From: the human T2T-CHM13v2.0 reference genome, Homo sapiens
DNA length: 64,000 nucleotides
Strand: one strand, 5' to 3'
NCBI RefSeq assembly: GCF_009914755.1
Contig: NC_060932.1
The translations under genes were made by a program, and so were the position numbers. The notes under the pieces were generated by a model. The model made no database searches. It had not been told where the DNA came from and saw only the letters and a list, made by a program, of their open reading frames with translations. The stretch's first letter is position 1. Every line of letters starts with the position of its first letter. Below are positions 13,790 through 30,945 of this stretch, in pieces.

Positions 13790-14120
13790 CCCTTGTTCCC
13801 CCAGCCACCCAGTTCTCCACACAGGCAGCAAGAGTTACCAGCTTCTTTTGTATCTCTCCAAAGATATTTTATGCATATACATAATTTTCTCTTTTTCTTC
13901 CTTTTACCCTCACACAAGTGGTAATTTACTAGAAGTATTGTTTTTCCTTTTTTCTCATTTAATAATATAGTTTGAAGATAACTCCATATCAGAATAAAAA
14001 CTCACTTATTCTTTTTTACAGCTGCATAATAGTCCATAATATGGATATGTAATAATTCACCCTGTCATTTCCTTACTCTTGGGTGTTTGTGTTGCTTCCA
14101 GTCTTCTGCTTTTTCAAATA
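13790..14120 (-). mobile_element. L1ME-type 3' fragment
   Basis: cagctgcataatagtccataatatggatatg...tgtgttgcttccagtctt. Confidence 0.55.
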
Positions 14121-14319
14121 ATTCTTCATTTATTTTCACAGAAGGGGGTCGCTGGCCACTGTCATGCCTGAGAGGGCTTCAACTGAGAGACAGTGGCCAT
14201 GGATGCCAGATTAGAAAGGGATATAGAACTAGTGAGCAGGAAACAAGTGGGTTGACCTCACAGTTTGACTGTGCTCTATAATTTACAAAGCATTTTGCGG
14301 CACATTTTGTATACATATA

Positions 14320-14470
14320 TATTTAATATTCATTCGCTTATGAGACATAGGCATCATGGAGTATCTCTAATTTGTGGGTAAGAAAATTCAGACACAGAGA
14401 TGTTGCCTGAGGGTCCACAGTGGCAGAGCCAGATTTCAAACTAGGTCTTCTCTGTCTCCAAATCCCAGCC
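14320..14470. mobile_element. MIR
   Basis: gacacagagatgttgcctgagggtccacagtggcagagccagatttcaaactaggtc. Confidence 0.6.
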
Positions 14471-15984
14471 ATCTTCTTGTGTCTTAGCTATTTCTTAGGT
14501 CTAGAAGATGGGACCCAAGGGAAGAGGAGAAGCAGGACAGAAGCAAACTATGATTAAATAATGTTTTTATTTTTTAGTGTAAAAAAAATAAAAATAATTA
14601 TATGGGCCCAACACAAATCTGAGCCACACAAATATGCGGTATCTTCTGCCAACAGCCTTTAATTTTCCAGTCTATCAAAAAAATCACTCAATCCACTGAT
14701 CGTACTGAAATCACTTTTTTCTAGAAAGTATTTATACCGTGTGCATAAACTCCATCTAATAGAAATATGACAACCAAAGTTCCCTTTATTTACTTCCATG
14801 TAGATTAAGTTCCCTAACTGAAAATGTATAGACAGCCTTATATTTTCTTAAATAGTTTTACTTTTGACAGCTTTCTGTATAAAAATTCATGAAAATATAA
14901 ATTTATGAATATACAAATTCATGAAATATAAATTTATGAATGTAAAAATTCATAAATATGATCATTCTTTTCAAATTATACATACATTCATTTCATAGCA
15001 TTTTTTTCTGTGCTGGCTTTTAGCTAAATAAGATTTCAAACAAAAAGAAGCCAACACAAATTACAACAGAATTCATTTTGAACAAAATGAAGTGGAATGT
15101 AAAATATAAAACTCTGAAAATAATATCCGAATATATTTGGAAATCCATCAGATTTTTCTTTCTTCTCATGACTTTTTTTGTAACATTAGAATGAATTGTT
15201 CCTACGTTCATGTTTTGAGACAAAGACTGTGAGTTATAATACTTTACACAGAGCAAGTTATAAGCTTGCAGACACTACAAATTGAAAGGAAGTAATTTTT
15301 GCCAGTCTATTTGTGTTATTACCTTCTAAAAGGAAAGAATTGGCCAAGTATTTCCTCAATTTTTCATCATATTAAAAAACTTACACTTTTATATTTGCTA
15401 TCCAGTTCAAAGGCACTGTGTATAATAACCTATAAGCATTTTTATTTTTGGTAAAGTGGGGAAAAGACAAGAACATTCATTAATAGACTTAGATTATTTT
15501 TAAATGAGTTGAGATTTCTGCATTGAAGGCCAGAAAAAAACAGTGCTTTGAAAATAGCACTTTACTGCCTTATAAGAGACAATGGATAATGTTTATATAT
15601 TTCTATTGCACTAATGAATTTTTAATTAGCTATTATTTCAGTACTTTGTCCAAGAAAAGCATTTTTCCTGAGATTTATTTTCTGAGATGAGCTAGTCACA
15701 ACTGTACAAGTAGTTTATGGTAATAACTTGGCCATTTGTTTTCTGTATATCAGAATCAAACTCTGAAAATAAAAAATACATGTAAAATAATTGTATTTTA
15801 TTCATTTCTTAATGAAATTGCATGTTATAAACAATATGGCATATCCTTTTATGTTCTCCATTAACGAAAAGGAACCCCTAAGTAGCAAATAATTAATATA
15901 TTAGATTCAATTTGTAGGCAACTCTACATACTGTCAGTAAATAACAGTAATTTACATATCAAGATGCTTATTTTGTATTTATGA

Positions 15985-16340
<356 letters not shown>

Positions 16341-16914
16341 GAATAGTTTTTTTTTTTAAAGAGTTTATCAAAATTTGTAAGGAATAAAAAAGTTACGTAT
16401 AGGTAGTTTCATTAATTTTAGTTATGATCATTTTAACTATACTAATATCTAGTATTAATTTTAATGACTAGTAATAACTCTCTTGCTACAATTACTATTT
16501 ATATTTATGCATATTCTAGTTGTTTCCAAGTGTCTAAAATATATTGTGTTACAAGTTAATAACTCAGGGATTCAATTATTAATTAAATTAAGTCAAAAAA
16601 GCGTATGACAGTTCTTTAGAATGGCTCACTTCAGGAATAATAACATAAGACTACATGGTTATATGTTGCTAACAGATTATTATTATTTTAACTACTAACA
16701 GATTGCTGGACGATTTAATCTCTTTGTATTATAAGAATCAGGTGAAATTAGAAAATTATTGATACATATGTGGGAGTCTAAAGAAAGAATTTCAGTTTGC
16801 CTTGAAAAATATGGGTAAGACAAATAAATAAAACCTCAAAGTAATATCCCTAATTTTGGATAACATTTCTATAGCAAATGCAATGCTTATTATACACAAT
16901 GACTTAAAATATTA

Positions 16915-17125
16915 ATATTTACTATGTTCTAAGCACTGAGCTAAGTAAATAATTACATTGATTATCTAATTTAATTTTTGTCACACCATCAGAGATAAGT
17001 AATATTTCCATTTTTCAGATGAAGAATCTGAGGCATTCTTACGATCACAAACCCAGTAAGTGCTGGATCCAGTATTTGAACCTGGCAGCCTGTCTTCAGG
17101 GCCCACATTTTTACCCACAGGGTTA
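16915..17125. mobile_element. MIR
   Basis: ccatttttcagatgaagaatctgaggc...atttgaacctggcagcctg. Confidence 0.7.
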
Positions 17126-18193
17126 TGCTTTCAAATAGTGACCCTTTCCACTCATATGGCAAATACTGTGTCTTATAACTGAGTGAAGGTAAAATTTCTC
17201 CTTTGTCTGTTCTCCTGGCATTGTGTTTATAAAATTGTATTTGTTTTTGCTAGTCTTTTAGCAAATGCTTTATTTCAGACATCATATATATCTTCTGCAT
17301 CACTGATGTTTTTTATCACATTTAAAAATAGTTGTCTATCAAAAATAGGTAAAATTTAAGTGGGGGGGCAACACTAATCACATATGCATATATAAATACT
17401 ATATTATGCATCATTTATATTGCTTAGTATGTATTACATATATTGCTTATACATGTGTATATATGCTTTTATATATGTATATCCACAGAGTTTTTGTTTC
17501 TCTTTCTTGTTTTGGAGCTATCACTAGTGTTTGCCAGCATTACAAATTCTCTTAAGATCCCCTAGAAGCAGGCTAAGAATTAGATTTAATTTGTCTATAG
17601 CAAACATGAAACTGTGAACTTTAAGATTTATGTCCTTTGTATGTTTGTTCTTATAAAATGTAATTGTTTCTTCACTGCACAATAAATGCTTATCAGTGGC
17701 TGTATGCAACAGAAAAGAAATAAATTGGGAAATTATTTGCCATTATATTTCAAATTAAAATTTTTTAAAATCAATGAAAAAAACAAAGTTGATTTCAAAG
17801 CCTTCTGAACTAAATTCACCTTGGGGCATGGGGCATTAAAGGATGGTATGAGCAAATCAATAAGATGTCTATGTTTCAAGCATTGGGACATTGCAGGAGC
17901 AGTCCAGATACATAGAACTCTGGCAATGGATTTACAGAAAAAATAACGCAAGTACGCAAGGAAGATCCCAGTAATGGAGTTTAGAGTAGCAAACAAAGTT
18001 CAGTATCGGGAAAATCTGCTGAGATATGGGGCTAAGAGTAACAGAAAAATTAATTATGATAATACAATAAATTGTGCTGAACAGCATGTCTTTTTTCAGT
18101 GTCATTTCACAGACCAGGCGAGCCCTGGCTAGAGGGCATCTTAAAGGTAGTAGGTGACCCTTAGACAACAGAGCCTAAAAAGGTAGCAGCATA

Positions 18194-18523
<330 letters not shown>

Positions 18524-18976
18524 TTATGTGCACTTGTTGCTAGAAGCGTGTAACAATCATCCTAGACTAGGTGTTGCCATGTAACAATTAAGTAGCCCTA
18601 TTTGGGCTTGTTTTTAATTCGTTATTTCTATTAAAATAATGGTTAGTTTTAATTTTAACTAGAGAAAGATGTTACGTTTAAATGTGTTGGTCACATAGGG
18701 CCTATGATTTACATTGATGTAACTTCATTACTTATGTTTCCAGATCAATGCACTTAAAATGTGTTCTCATATTTTTAAGTCTCATATTTTTAAGTCTAGA
18801 AATAATGGCTACAACAATAAATCTACTTGAGTTTGTTAAGAATCTGACAAAGTTTTATTTTTATTTGTGGAGATCCTATGGTAGAAAACATAAACTAATA
18901 GACATTAGTTAATACTTGGTATGTGTTCATTTGCAGACATACATTTTCATGTATACTAAAAATATTTGTTATATTG

Positions 18977-20308
18977 TGGGTACTTTTTCAAAAATACACA
19001 AAACTGCTTAACTCCACAAATCCTTACTTTAGAATAAATGAACAGTAAAGCAGAAACTGGCTTTACTGTTCCTGTAGTCTAATCTCAATTCTAAAATTGA
19101 AGAACCGGGGTTCCCATAATGTGAAGTGACTTGCTCTGAGCGTTAATACCAGTGTCTCATCACAGTGTTCTTATCTCTGTCACACAAAACTTTTGAATTG
19201 CTTTAATGACAACATTGTGAATGTTCCCATCAAAATATGTTAACTACTTTAGTTAAGAAGTACATCTTATTCTGGATTGATTATTCCATTCAATGACCAT
19301 TGTTATTTAGAGAACAAACCTAGACATTTATTTCCACTGGAAAAAAAGAAAATAATAAAAATCAACTAGGCTGTTATTTCAAAGTTCTGGCTTGGTCTGA
19401 AATCCTGAATTATAATAAATCATGTTCCTTTTTACTCTCCTGAATCTCTTTTTCCTTTCAGAACTACTCTTTTTACATACGGCCCTTTCTCCACCACGGA
19501 AGTGGATCTGTGACCCAGATATGGGCTGTTAGTGAATTATACCAACACATGTGTCTTGTAATAGAGCATGTTATAAGAGAGAGAGATAGAGCATGTCTTT
19601 TCAGAGATTTCACTCTAAGGAATGATTTAGACTTGATTCTGCTGAAAGTAATTTTGATGCATGTGGAGTGTTTTCATGCAAATAAACAGAAATAGGAATA
19701 AAGATAGAGATAAAAAGTAAACAAAGACAGAGCTTTTGAAAATTTTGAAGCTCCTGATCCACAATGTCTGAATCCAGTTCTGCTCTTTGGACCATCTAGT
19801 CCATTAATAGTTCACCAAACATTTGTGAGAACCTATTATATGGTAGCTATATTAAAATCAATGGCTACACAACAGTGAGAAAAAAAGTCTCTGATGGCTT
19901 ACATAGTAATGAAAGATTTCATAAACATCATTATGTAAGATTATAGCAAAAACATCTTGAAAAAAGAAAAACGTAAGGCAAGAAAAATGAATGGGAAGTA
20001 CTGGTAGTGGAGGTGGGACAGAATTAAAAACAGGATCACTAGAAAACATATTTTGATGGGAACATTCACAATGTTATCATTAAAGCAATTCAAAAGTTTT
20101 GTGTGACAGAGATAAGAACACTGTGATGAGACACTGGTATTAAAGCTCAGAGCAAGTCACTTCACATTATGGGAACCCCAGTTCTTCAATTTTAAAATTG
20201 AGATTAGACTACAGGAACAGCAAAGCTAGTTTCTGCTTTACTGTTCATTTATTCTAAAGAAGGATTTGTGGAGTTAAGTAGTTTTGTGTATTTTTGAAAA
20301 AGTACCCA
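18977..20308. repeat. Inverted repeat: 18977-19241 versus 20045-20308
   Basis: Manual alignment of the reverse complement gives 7 substitutions and 1 indel in about 265 bp. Confidence 0.97.
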
Positions 20309-20436
20309 TGTTTCATAAACATCATTATGTAAGATTATAGCAAAAACATCTTGAAAAAAGAAAAACACAAGGCAAGGAAAATGGGAAGTACTGGTAGTGG
20401 AGGTGGAACGGAATTGTAAACAGGGTCATTCGAAAA
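19917..20436 (+). repeat. Direct repeat: 19917-20046 versus 20311-20436, bracketing the inverted copy
   Basis: tttcataaacatcattatgtaagattatagc...gaaaa occurs twice; about 10 substitutions and one 4-bp indel. Confidence 0.95.
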
Positions 20437-20839
20437 GGCTTATTTGGAAAGGGTATCTTTTGAAAAATAACCTAAAGATTTTATGGATCCAGACAGGTGG
20501 AGGATGAACACTGAAGTCAGTGTATGTCATGCAGAGTGAAATAGGTGGGCATTAATTTTATTACTGTCTGTCATTCCTCAGAGGAATGTAAACTCCATGA
20601 GGGCATGTACTTTTATTGCTTTGGTTCACTCCTACGTTCCTAGTCACCACATAGTTGATACTAGCACATACCATATTTTTTGTTGCACTGAAAAAAATTA
20701 ATGACCATTATGATGAGATGGCCACTTGCCATGTTGCCATCTCCCTGTCTTCCTCTCTCTCACACACACCCACAAACACACACACACATACAAGTTTTAT
20801 CTGATAATGAAGACAAGTAAAGGTAAGCAGAACTAACTG

Positions 20840-21000
20840 GGAAGTTCGGAAAGGAGTTCCAGATCAAGCTATACCAGAAAACTGCTTTACCTCCAGTACT
20901 TCCCAGTTACATGAGTCCGTGAATTATTTTTTCATTCTGATTTGACAGATTTGAATTATCTTTCTGTAGCATGGTACTGAATGAGTCCTGAGTAATATAC
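20840..21000 (+). mobile_element. Old MLT1 LTR 3' part
   Basis: cttcccagttacatgagtc...tgaatgagtcctgagtaatata. Confidence 0.55.
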
Positions 21001-21497
21001 TGAGTATATTTATCCTTAAAAATGACACTTATTTTTAGTTGGGTATTAGTGGTTTACAGGGTATTTTAGAGGTCAGGTAAATGCTTAAACTTTTAACTTT
21101 TCCACTGTGTGTTTTTTGTTTTTTGTTTTTTGTTTTTTTTTCAGAGAAAAAAATCCTATACACTGTAATTAGGGATAAAATTCATTTATCTTCACTGATG
21201 GAAATTAGTATTTCAATAAACTCAAAAACCTAAAAAGAAATCTACTTTTCGATTTGAGAACTGTCACAAAACATTTTTCTTTCTTTTTTTTTATTATACT
21301 TTAAGTTTTAGGGTACATGTGCACATTGTGCAGCTTAGTTACATATGTATACATGTGCCATGCTGGTGCGCTGCACCCACTAACTCGTCATCTAGCATTA
21401 GGTATATCTCCCAATGCTATCCCTCCCCCCTTCCCCCACCCCACAACAGTCCCCAGAGTGTGATATTCCCCTTCCTGTGTCCATGTGATCTCATTGT

Positions 21498-25329
<3,832 letters not shown>

Positions 25330-25377
25330 TTATTTTGCTCGTTAGTTGATGCAGTTTCTTCCTATTCTTGATGGTCT

Positions 25378-26309
25378 TTACATTTTGGCATGATTTTGCA
25401 GCGGCTGGTACTGGTTGTTCCTTTCCGTGTTTAGCGCTTCCTTCAGGAGCTCTTTTAGGGCAGGCCTGGAGGTGACAAAATCTCTCAGCATTTGCTTGTC
25501 TGTAAAGTATTTTATTTCTCCTTCGCTTATGAAGCTTAGTTTGGCTGGATATGAAATTCTGGGTTGAAAATTCTTGTCTTTAAGAATGTTGAATATTGGC
25601 CCCCACTCTCTTCTGGCTTGTAGGGTTTCTGCCGAGAGATCCGCTGTTAGTCTGATGGGCTTCCCTTTGAGGGTAACCTGACCTTTCTCTCTGGCTGCCC
25701 TGAACATTTTTTCCTTCATTTCAACTCTGGTGAATCTGACAATTATGTGTCTTGGAGTTGCTCTTCTCGAGGAGTATCTTTGTGGCGTTCTCTGTATTTC
25801 CTGAATCTGAACGTTGGCCTGCCTTGCTAGATTGGGGAAGTTCTCCTGGATAATATCCTGCAGAGTGTTTTCCAACTTGGTTCCATTCTCCCCATCACTT
25901 TCAGGTACACCAATCAGATGTAGATTTGGTCTTTTCACATAGTCCCATATTTCTTGGAGGCTTTGCTCGTTTCTTTTTTATTCTTTTTTCTCTAAACTTC
26001 CCTTCTCGCTTCATTTCATTCATTTCATCTTCCATTGCTGATACCCTTTCTTCCAGTTGATCGCATCGGCTCCTGAGGCTTCTGCATTCTTCACGTAGTT
26101 CTCGAGCCTTGGTTTTCAGCTCCATCAGCTCCTTTAAGCACTTCTCTGTATTGGTTATTCTAGTTATACATTCTTCTAATTTTTTTTCAAAGTTTTCAAC
26201 TTCTTTGCCTTTGGTTTGAATGTCCTCCCGTAGCTCAGAGTAATTTGATCGTCTGAAGCCTTCTTCTCTCAACTCGTCAAAGTCATTCTTCATCCAGCTT
26301 TGTTCCGTT
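25378..26309 (-). pseudogene. ORF1: L1 ORF1p, N-terminally truncated, with a +1 frameshift in an A-run near 25975
   Basis: Track ORFs 25901-26293 (coiled coil) and 25378-25938 (RRM/CTD, ending LQNHAKM). Confidence 0.93.
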
Positions 26310-29104
26310 TAGAAAAAGAAAAGGCAGATTACTTCAGGCTTACCAATTTTTGTATCCTAATAAAGGTAAGGCTACTCTAGATGTTAGAACTGGAAAGTTG
26401 TCAGAAATATATATTTCACCCCTAGTATGAAAGTCATCTAACTCAATATTTAACCAAGTAAAGAGATAATGACTCCAACTGCAGAGTTAGGTAAAATTAC
26501 AGTAAAACCTCTTGAGAGTCTATGGACAGAATAATAACCAAATAACCAAAGAAGGGCACTGATGTATAATGAAATAACACAAAGCAAGAAAAATAGATTC
26601 TAAGGATTAAAAATATAGAAGGCCAGCAAGCTGTAGGTGTTAGAAAAAAAGTTCATCATCTCACTATCTACAATTACTTATAATTTGTCCTCCCAAGTAA
26701 AATACAGCCTCCCTGCAATATAACATTAACTATTGCAGTATGCAGCTGTCCTCCTACCCAAAGGGCCTTTAAATATTAGTTCATGACTTCAAAATCTAGG
26801 GGCTTTAATTATCTCAGACATGGGGGACAAATCTTCCAATGTCCACATCTTTTGATTTAAATTCTAGGAAAGTCTGACTCATTAAAAATGTTGTCTTTCT
26901 TCTTTCAGGTATTTTATAATTTTTTTGCCTTGCTGAAGTTTTCTTATGTGATATATACCATGCTCTTTTATTCTAGTATGTGCTTCATTAATTTGCCTGG
27001 ACAGTCAAATATTGACAACAGGGAGTTGGTGGTCTCTAAATTCTAAGAACTTGAATTGATGATAAAACCAAATATAGGAAAGAATGTTGTTTTAGTTTTA
27101 GAGCAAAATATAAGAGATGTAAGAAGTAGTCTTTGGGTCTTTATTTCAAAGATCAATAGTTGTCTTATTTTTAAAAATAGAAGAATAAAAAGGGTGGAGG
27201 GAGGGCAGCTGCATCTCTAACAAGTAACTAAGAGCTTTTCTTCATCCTGAGTAAGCGTTTTCTGGACTGAACTACTGGTTTTGGAGTAGCTGAAGGTGAA
27301 ATGCAAATTAGTAGAAACCCGGAAGCAATGCTCCAGGGAAAAGCTGAGTATAAGAGTCTCAGGTTTGAGAAGCAAATAATTCTTTAAGCATTTTGTGGGT
27401 ATCAGATTCTGGAAAATATTTTTCTGGACTGGTTAAGTACTTCGATCTGTAAGCAAGAGACTTGGAATGAAGGCAACAATACGTAAGAGAGGGATTAAAG
27501 GAATTGTAAATCTCCAGGTTTCCATATGCAAATGTCAACATTCATACTGTGGCATAATTTTTAAATGGTTTATATAAAATATTTTGTACTCTATGCTCCC
27601 AAATCCTTCTGATAAGACCTCAACTATTGCATTCCAAGTATTCATGTAGATTTCTTGCTTACCTATGTGTTCATGAACATTTTGATTCTAAAGACTTTAC
27701 TCATCTCTACACCTACAAATTTAGCGCCTGTGCTTGCCTAGATTGAGCACTCAGTTAGAGAAGTTAGAGAAGATAAATGAATTAACAACAAGCAAATCTT
27801 CTTGAAAGAGCAACTGCTGGTATGGAAGATGCCATAGTTTTACGGTGAGTGGGCTTTTGTCCAGAACTATAAAAGCATCAAACAAAGAGACGAACCCTAA
27901 TAAATTGTAGTTTTTATTATCCATCTTAAAGTAAAAGCAGAACTTCAAACAAAGATGGAGAAAATATTTTTTTAATTCTTAACATCAATTTCACAGTGCA
28001 TTAAATAAAGTTAGTTACCATTCACCTAATTGAACATTATGTCATGTAATAATATTAAAATAAGTGTATGTGAAGTAGCTGCATACTAATAAATATTTAT
28101 GAACAGCTTTTATTTAATGTGCAATGCTAACTGAGCTCACAATATATTAATTTATAATACCTGAAACAGAAACAATTAAAGCTTAAACATTTAATTTTCT
28201 CACTCATTGATCAGGAACATATACATATACACACATGACTATACACATGTTTTTTCACACATATGTGTATCCGTATGTGTACATATGAATATACACAAAA
28301 GAAAGAAAAAGTCTGGATCAAGGCATATTACAATCTATGAGAATCTATGAGAATTATTCATTAATGTAACAAACTACAGCTGAAAACCAGGAATAAAATC
28401 TCATTCATTTGGCATTCAGCACATACATTAAATCTAGTTTTTATGGTTTATAGAGTTTCTAATATTGGTAATGTGCTGATTTAAGAAGACACATATATTT
28501 TCCAGTATGAATTCCTGCAACCTTCTTTTCTAAGAATTTCTGACTATAGCCCTGATATTGACATTTTGTGAAGTAGCAACTCATTTTTTAGAAATACCAG
28601 TATAGTAGTTCTAGAGCCATTAAGTTGACAGAGAACACTGTAAATTATAATATAGTGATTAATTCTAACCCTGATTTTCCTTGGAAATTAATTAAATTAA
28701 TTTTCAACATGTTATAGGTTAAATAGACTATTAACGATTGTAAGGCATTTTATGTGTTACACATATTAAATCTGTCCGTACATAAATAAATCGACCTATT
28801 TAACTATGTGTATGTGCCTGTATAGATACATATTATTTCTTAATAAAGTAAATTTTAATATTATTTGCTATATTTATCTTTTAAAACTGCAACTTAATAT
28901 TTAGTCTAGCATAATATACTTTTACTTAATTGTCAGAAAGGCCAGGGTTTAAATCTTGGTTCTGCCATTTGCTATCAGAATCCTATAATACACTCAATAA
29001 AACTGTTGAATAATTCTTTTCAAATCAATTAACTTTTCCGTACCTTACAAAAGGAGGACACACATTCTTCTCATGTACACATGAAGTATATAAAAATTAT
29101 GTTC

Positions 29105-30945
29105 ACCAAAATGACAAAGTAGAAACAATCTGGCTTCACTCTTCCTCAAAGGAAACCAGAACCAAATATACAGTGCCCACTTTATCACCAGCGATATCGA
29201 TGTCTAAAAGCTGAGGATCATGTAATCCCCAGAGCCACTGAGAAGTGAAAAACTCTGAGAGGATTTTAAAAGAAATGGACTTCTATGTCTATGATGCTCC
29301 TTTCCCAAGCCACCAGGTACCATGTAAAAAATACCTCTTGGAATCATGGTTTCTACACTGGAAAAAGATTGAAATGGTCAACTTTCTCACCATTTTGGGT
29401 TCTTTCAGAGGAAAAATGTCCTTACTTCAACTTACAGGAAGCATGATGAGTGCCTGAAAATAGAGAAACTGCTGAGGCAGCTTGATACAAAGAGAGAAGG
29501 CAAGACTTGCAACCCTCGCCTGCTAAATGCACTGTTTATCTCAGCCAAAGGCGATGCCAAATCAGAGTGGCTGCTCAGTGGCAACACACTGTAGTAGACG
29601 CATTCCAGGAGCGCTCTGGGCATGAACTCCTAGCCGGGCTTCTCACATAACCAAGGTATCTCCTTTGTAATCCCCTCACCGTCTGGAATGGGTAGCGCTC
29701 CAAACAAACCTGGACTTAAAATGCCATCTAGAGCTGAAAAGGAAACAATAACCTACGGTAAAGAGGATTCAACCTATGAATTGAAAAAAAAAAAAAAAAA
29801 CCCTCTAAGGAAACATACCCCAGTGTTACAGTAGGTAGCCAGTCAGACATGAGTAGGGCAGGAGAAGGGCCCCTGACCTCCAACAGGAATGTCAGGCATC
29901 CATCAGGTGATTGTCAGGAGATTGCTAAACTTTCTCTATAAAATAATAATTAGTCCCAGCTGGTGCCAGGGAAAGACAGTCTCCCAACAGGTAGGAAAAA
30001 AAACTGAAACTGGTGATCAGCAACCTCCTGATAAGATCTCAGGAATTGGGCGAGTGGGCTCAAGCATGCACACTACCTGGCAAAATGAAAGAGTTTAACT
30101 GGTATATGACCTTCCTGTAGCAAAGCTAGACTAGTAAGGGAAGAATGTTTCAAGTGAGCATGTATATAACTCCAGTAAATACACTGCATTTGCGGCCCCT
30201 CCCAAGTGCTGGCCGGACAGGGTGCATGCAGATAGCCCACCCCAAGGGAAGAATCAGGGGAAAAGGGATGCAAGACCCCGGAATAATGGAGACATGTAAA
30301 ACCCAGAGTCAAAGGTCCAACAGTGCACTTGATATCTCAAGTCGCCTGCTTGGCCCTCTTCCAAGGGTACTTTATTTCCTTTCATTCCTGCTCTAAAGCT
30401 TATTAATAAACTTTCACTTTTGCTCTAAAACCTGCCTCAATCTTTCACTCTGTCTTATGCCCCTCGGTGAAATTCTTTCTTCTCAGGAGGCAAGAATTGA
30501 GGTTGCTGCAGACCCATACAGATTCCACCATTAACACTGGAAAGACCAAAACAAGTGGACAGAGAAGACTGAAATAAGTAACTAATCCCTCAATGTGATG
30601 ACACAGATGTATGTCCACAAGAGAAAAATGGCAAACAGGGAAACATGACCTCCCCAAATGGACAAAGAAGCCAGTAACTGACCCTAATGAGACACTGACA
30701 TATGAGTTCTGAAATCAAGATTCAAAATAGCCGTTTTAAGTAAACTCAGCAAACTACAAGATAACACAGAAAAGCAATTCAGAAATGTATCAGAGAAATT
30801 TAACAAAGACATTGAAACTTAAAAAAAAAAAAGTGGAAATCATGAAACTGAGAAATACATTTGCTGAGCTGAAAAATGCATTAGGGACTCTTAATAGCAG
30901 AATGGTTCAAGCAAAAGTAAAAAGACTATTTGAAAATATGGTCAG
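29105..30945 (+). mobile_element. Old L1 (L1MA/L1M2-like) 5'UTR and ORF1 start, interrupted by MER50
   Basis: caatctggcttcactc...atatacagtg; later catgacctccccaaatggacaaag...caagattcaaaatagcc (ORF1 start). Confidence 0.7.
29824..30536 (+). mobile_element. MER50-type ERV1 solo LTR
   Basis: tgttacagtaggtagccagtcagacatgagtagggcaggag...aataaac...cagacccatacagattccaccattaaca; 4-bp flanks ccag/ctgg. Confidence 0.85.

Noticed and set aside
18765-18794. 15-bp tandem duplication tctcatatttttaag
   Set aside because: Ordinary slippage duplication; a similar one occurs at about 31442-31475.
27230-27860. Octamer (ATGCAAAT), ETS (CCGGAAG) and plus-strand donor-like sites suggesting an enhancer or exon
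   Set aside because: Short motifs at expected background frequency, with no clear acceptor or sustained ORF.
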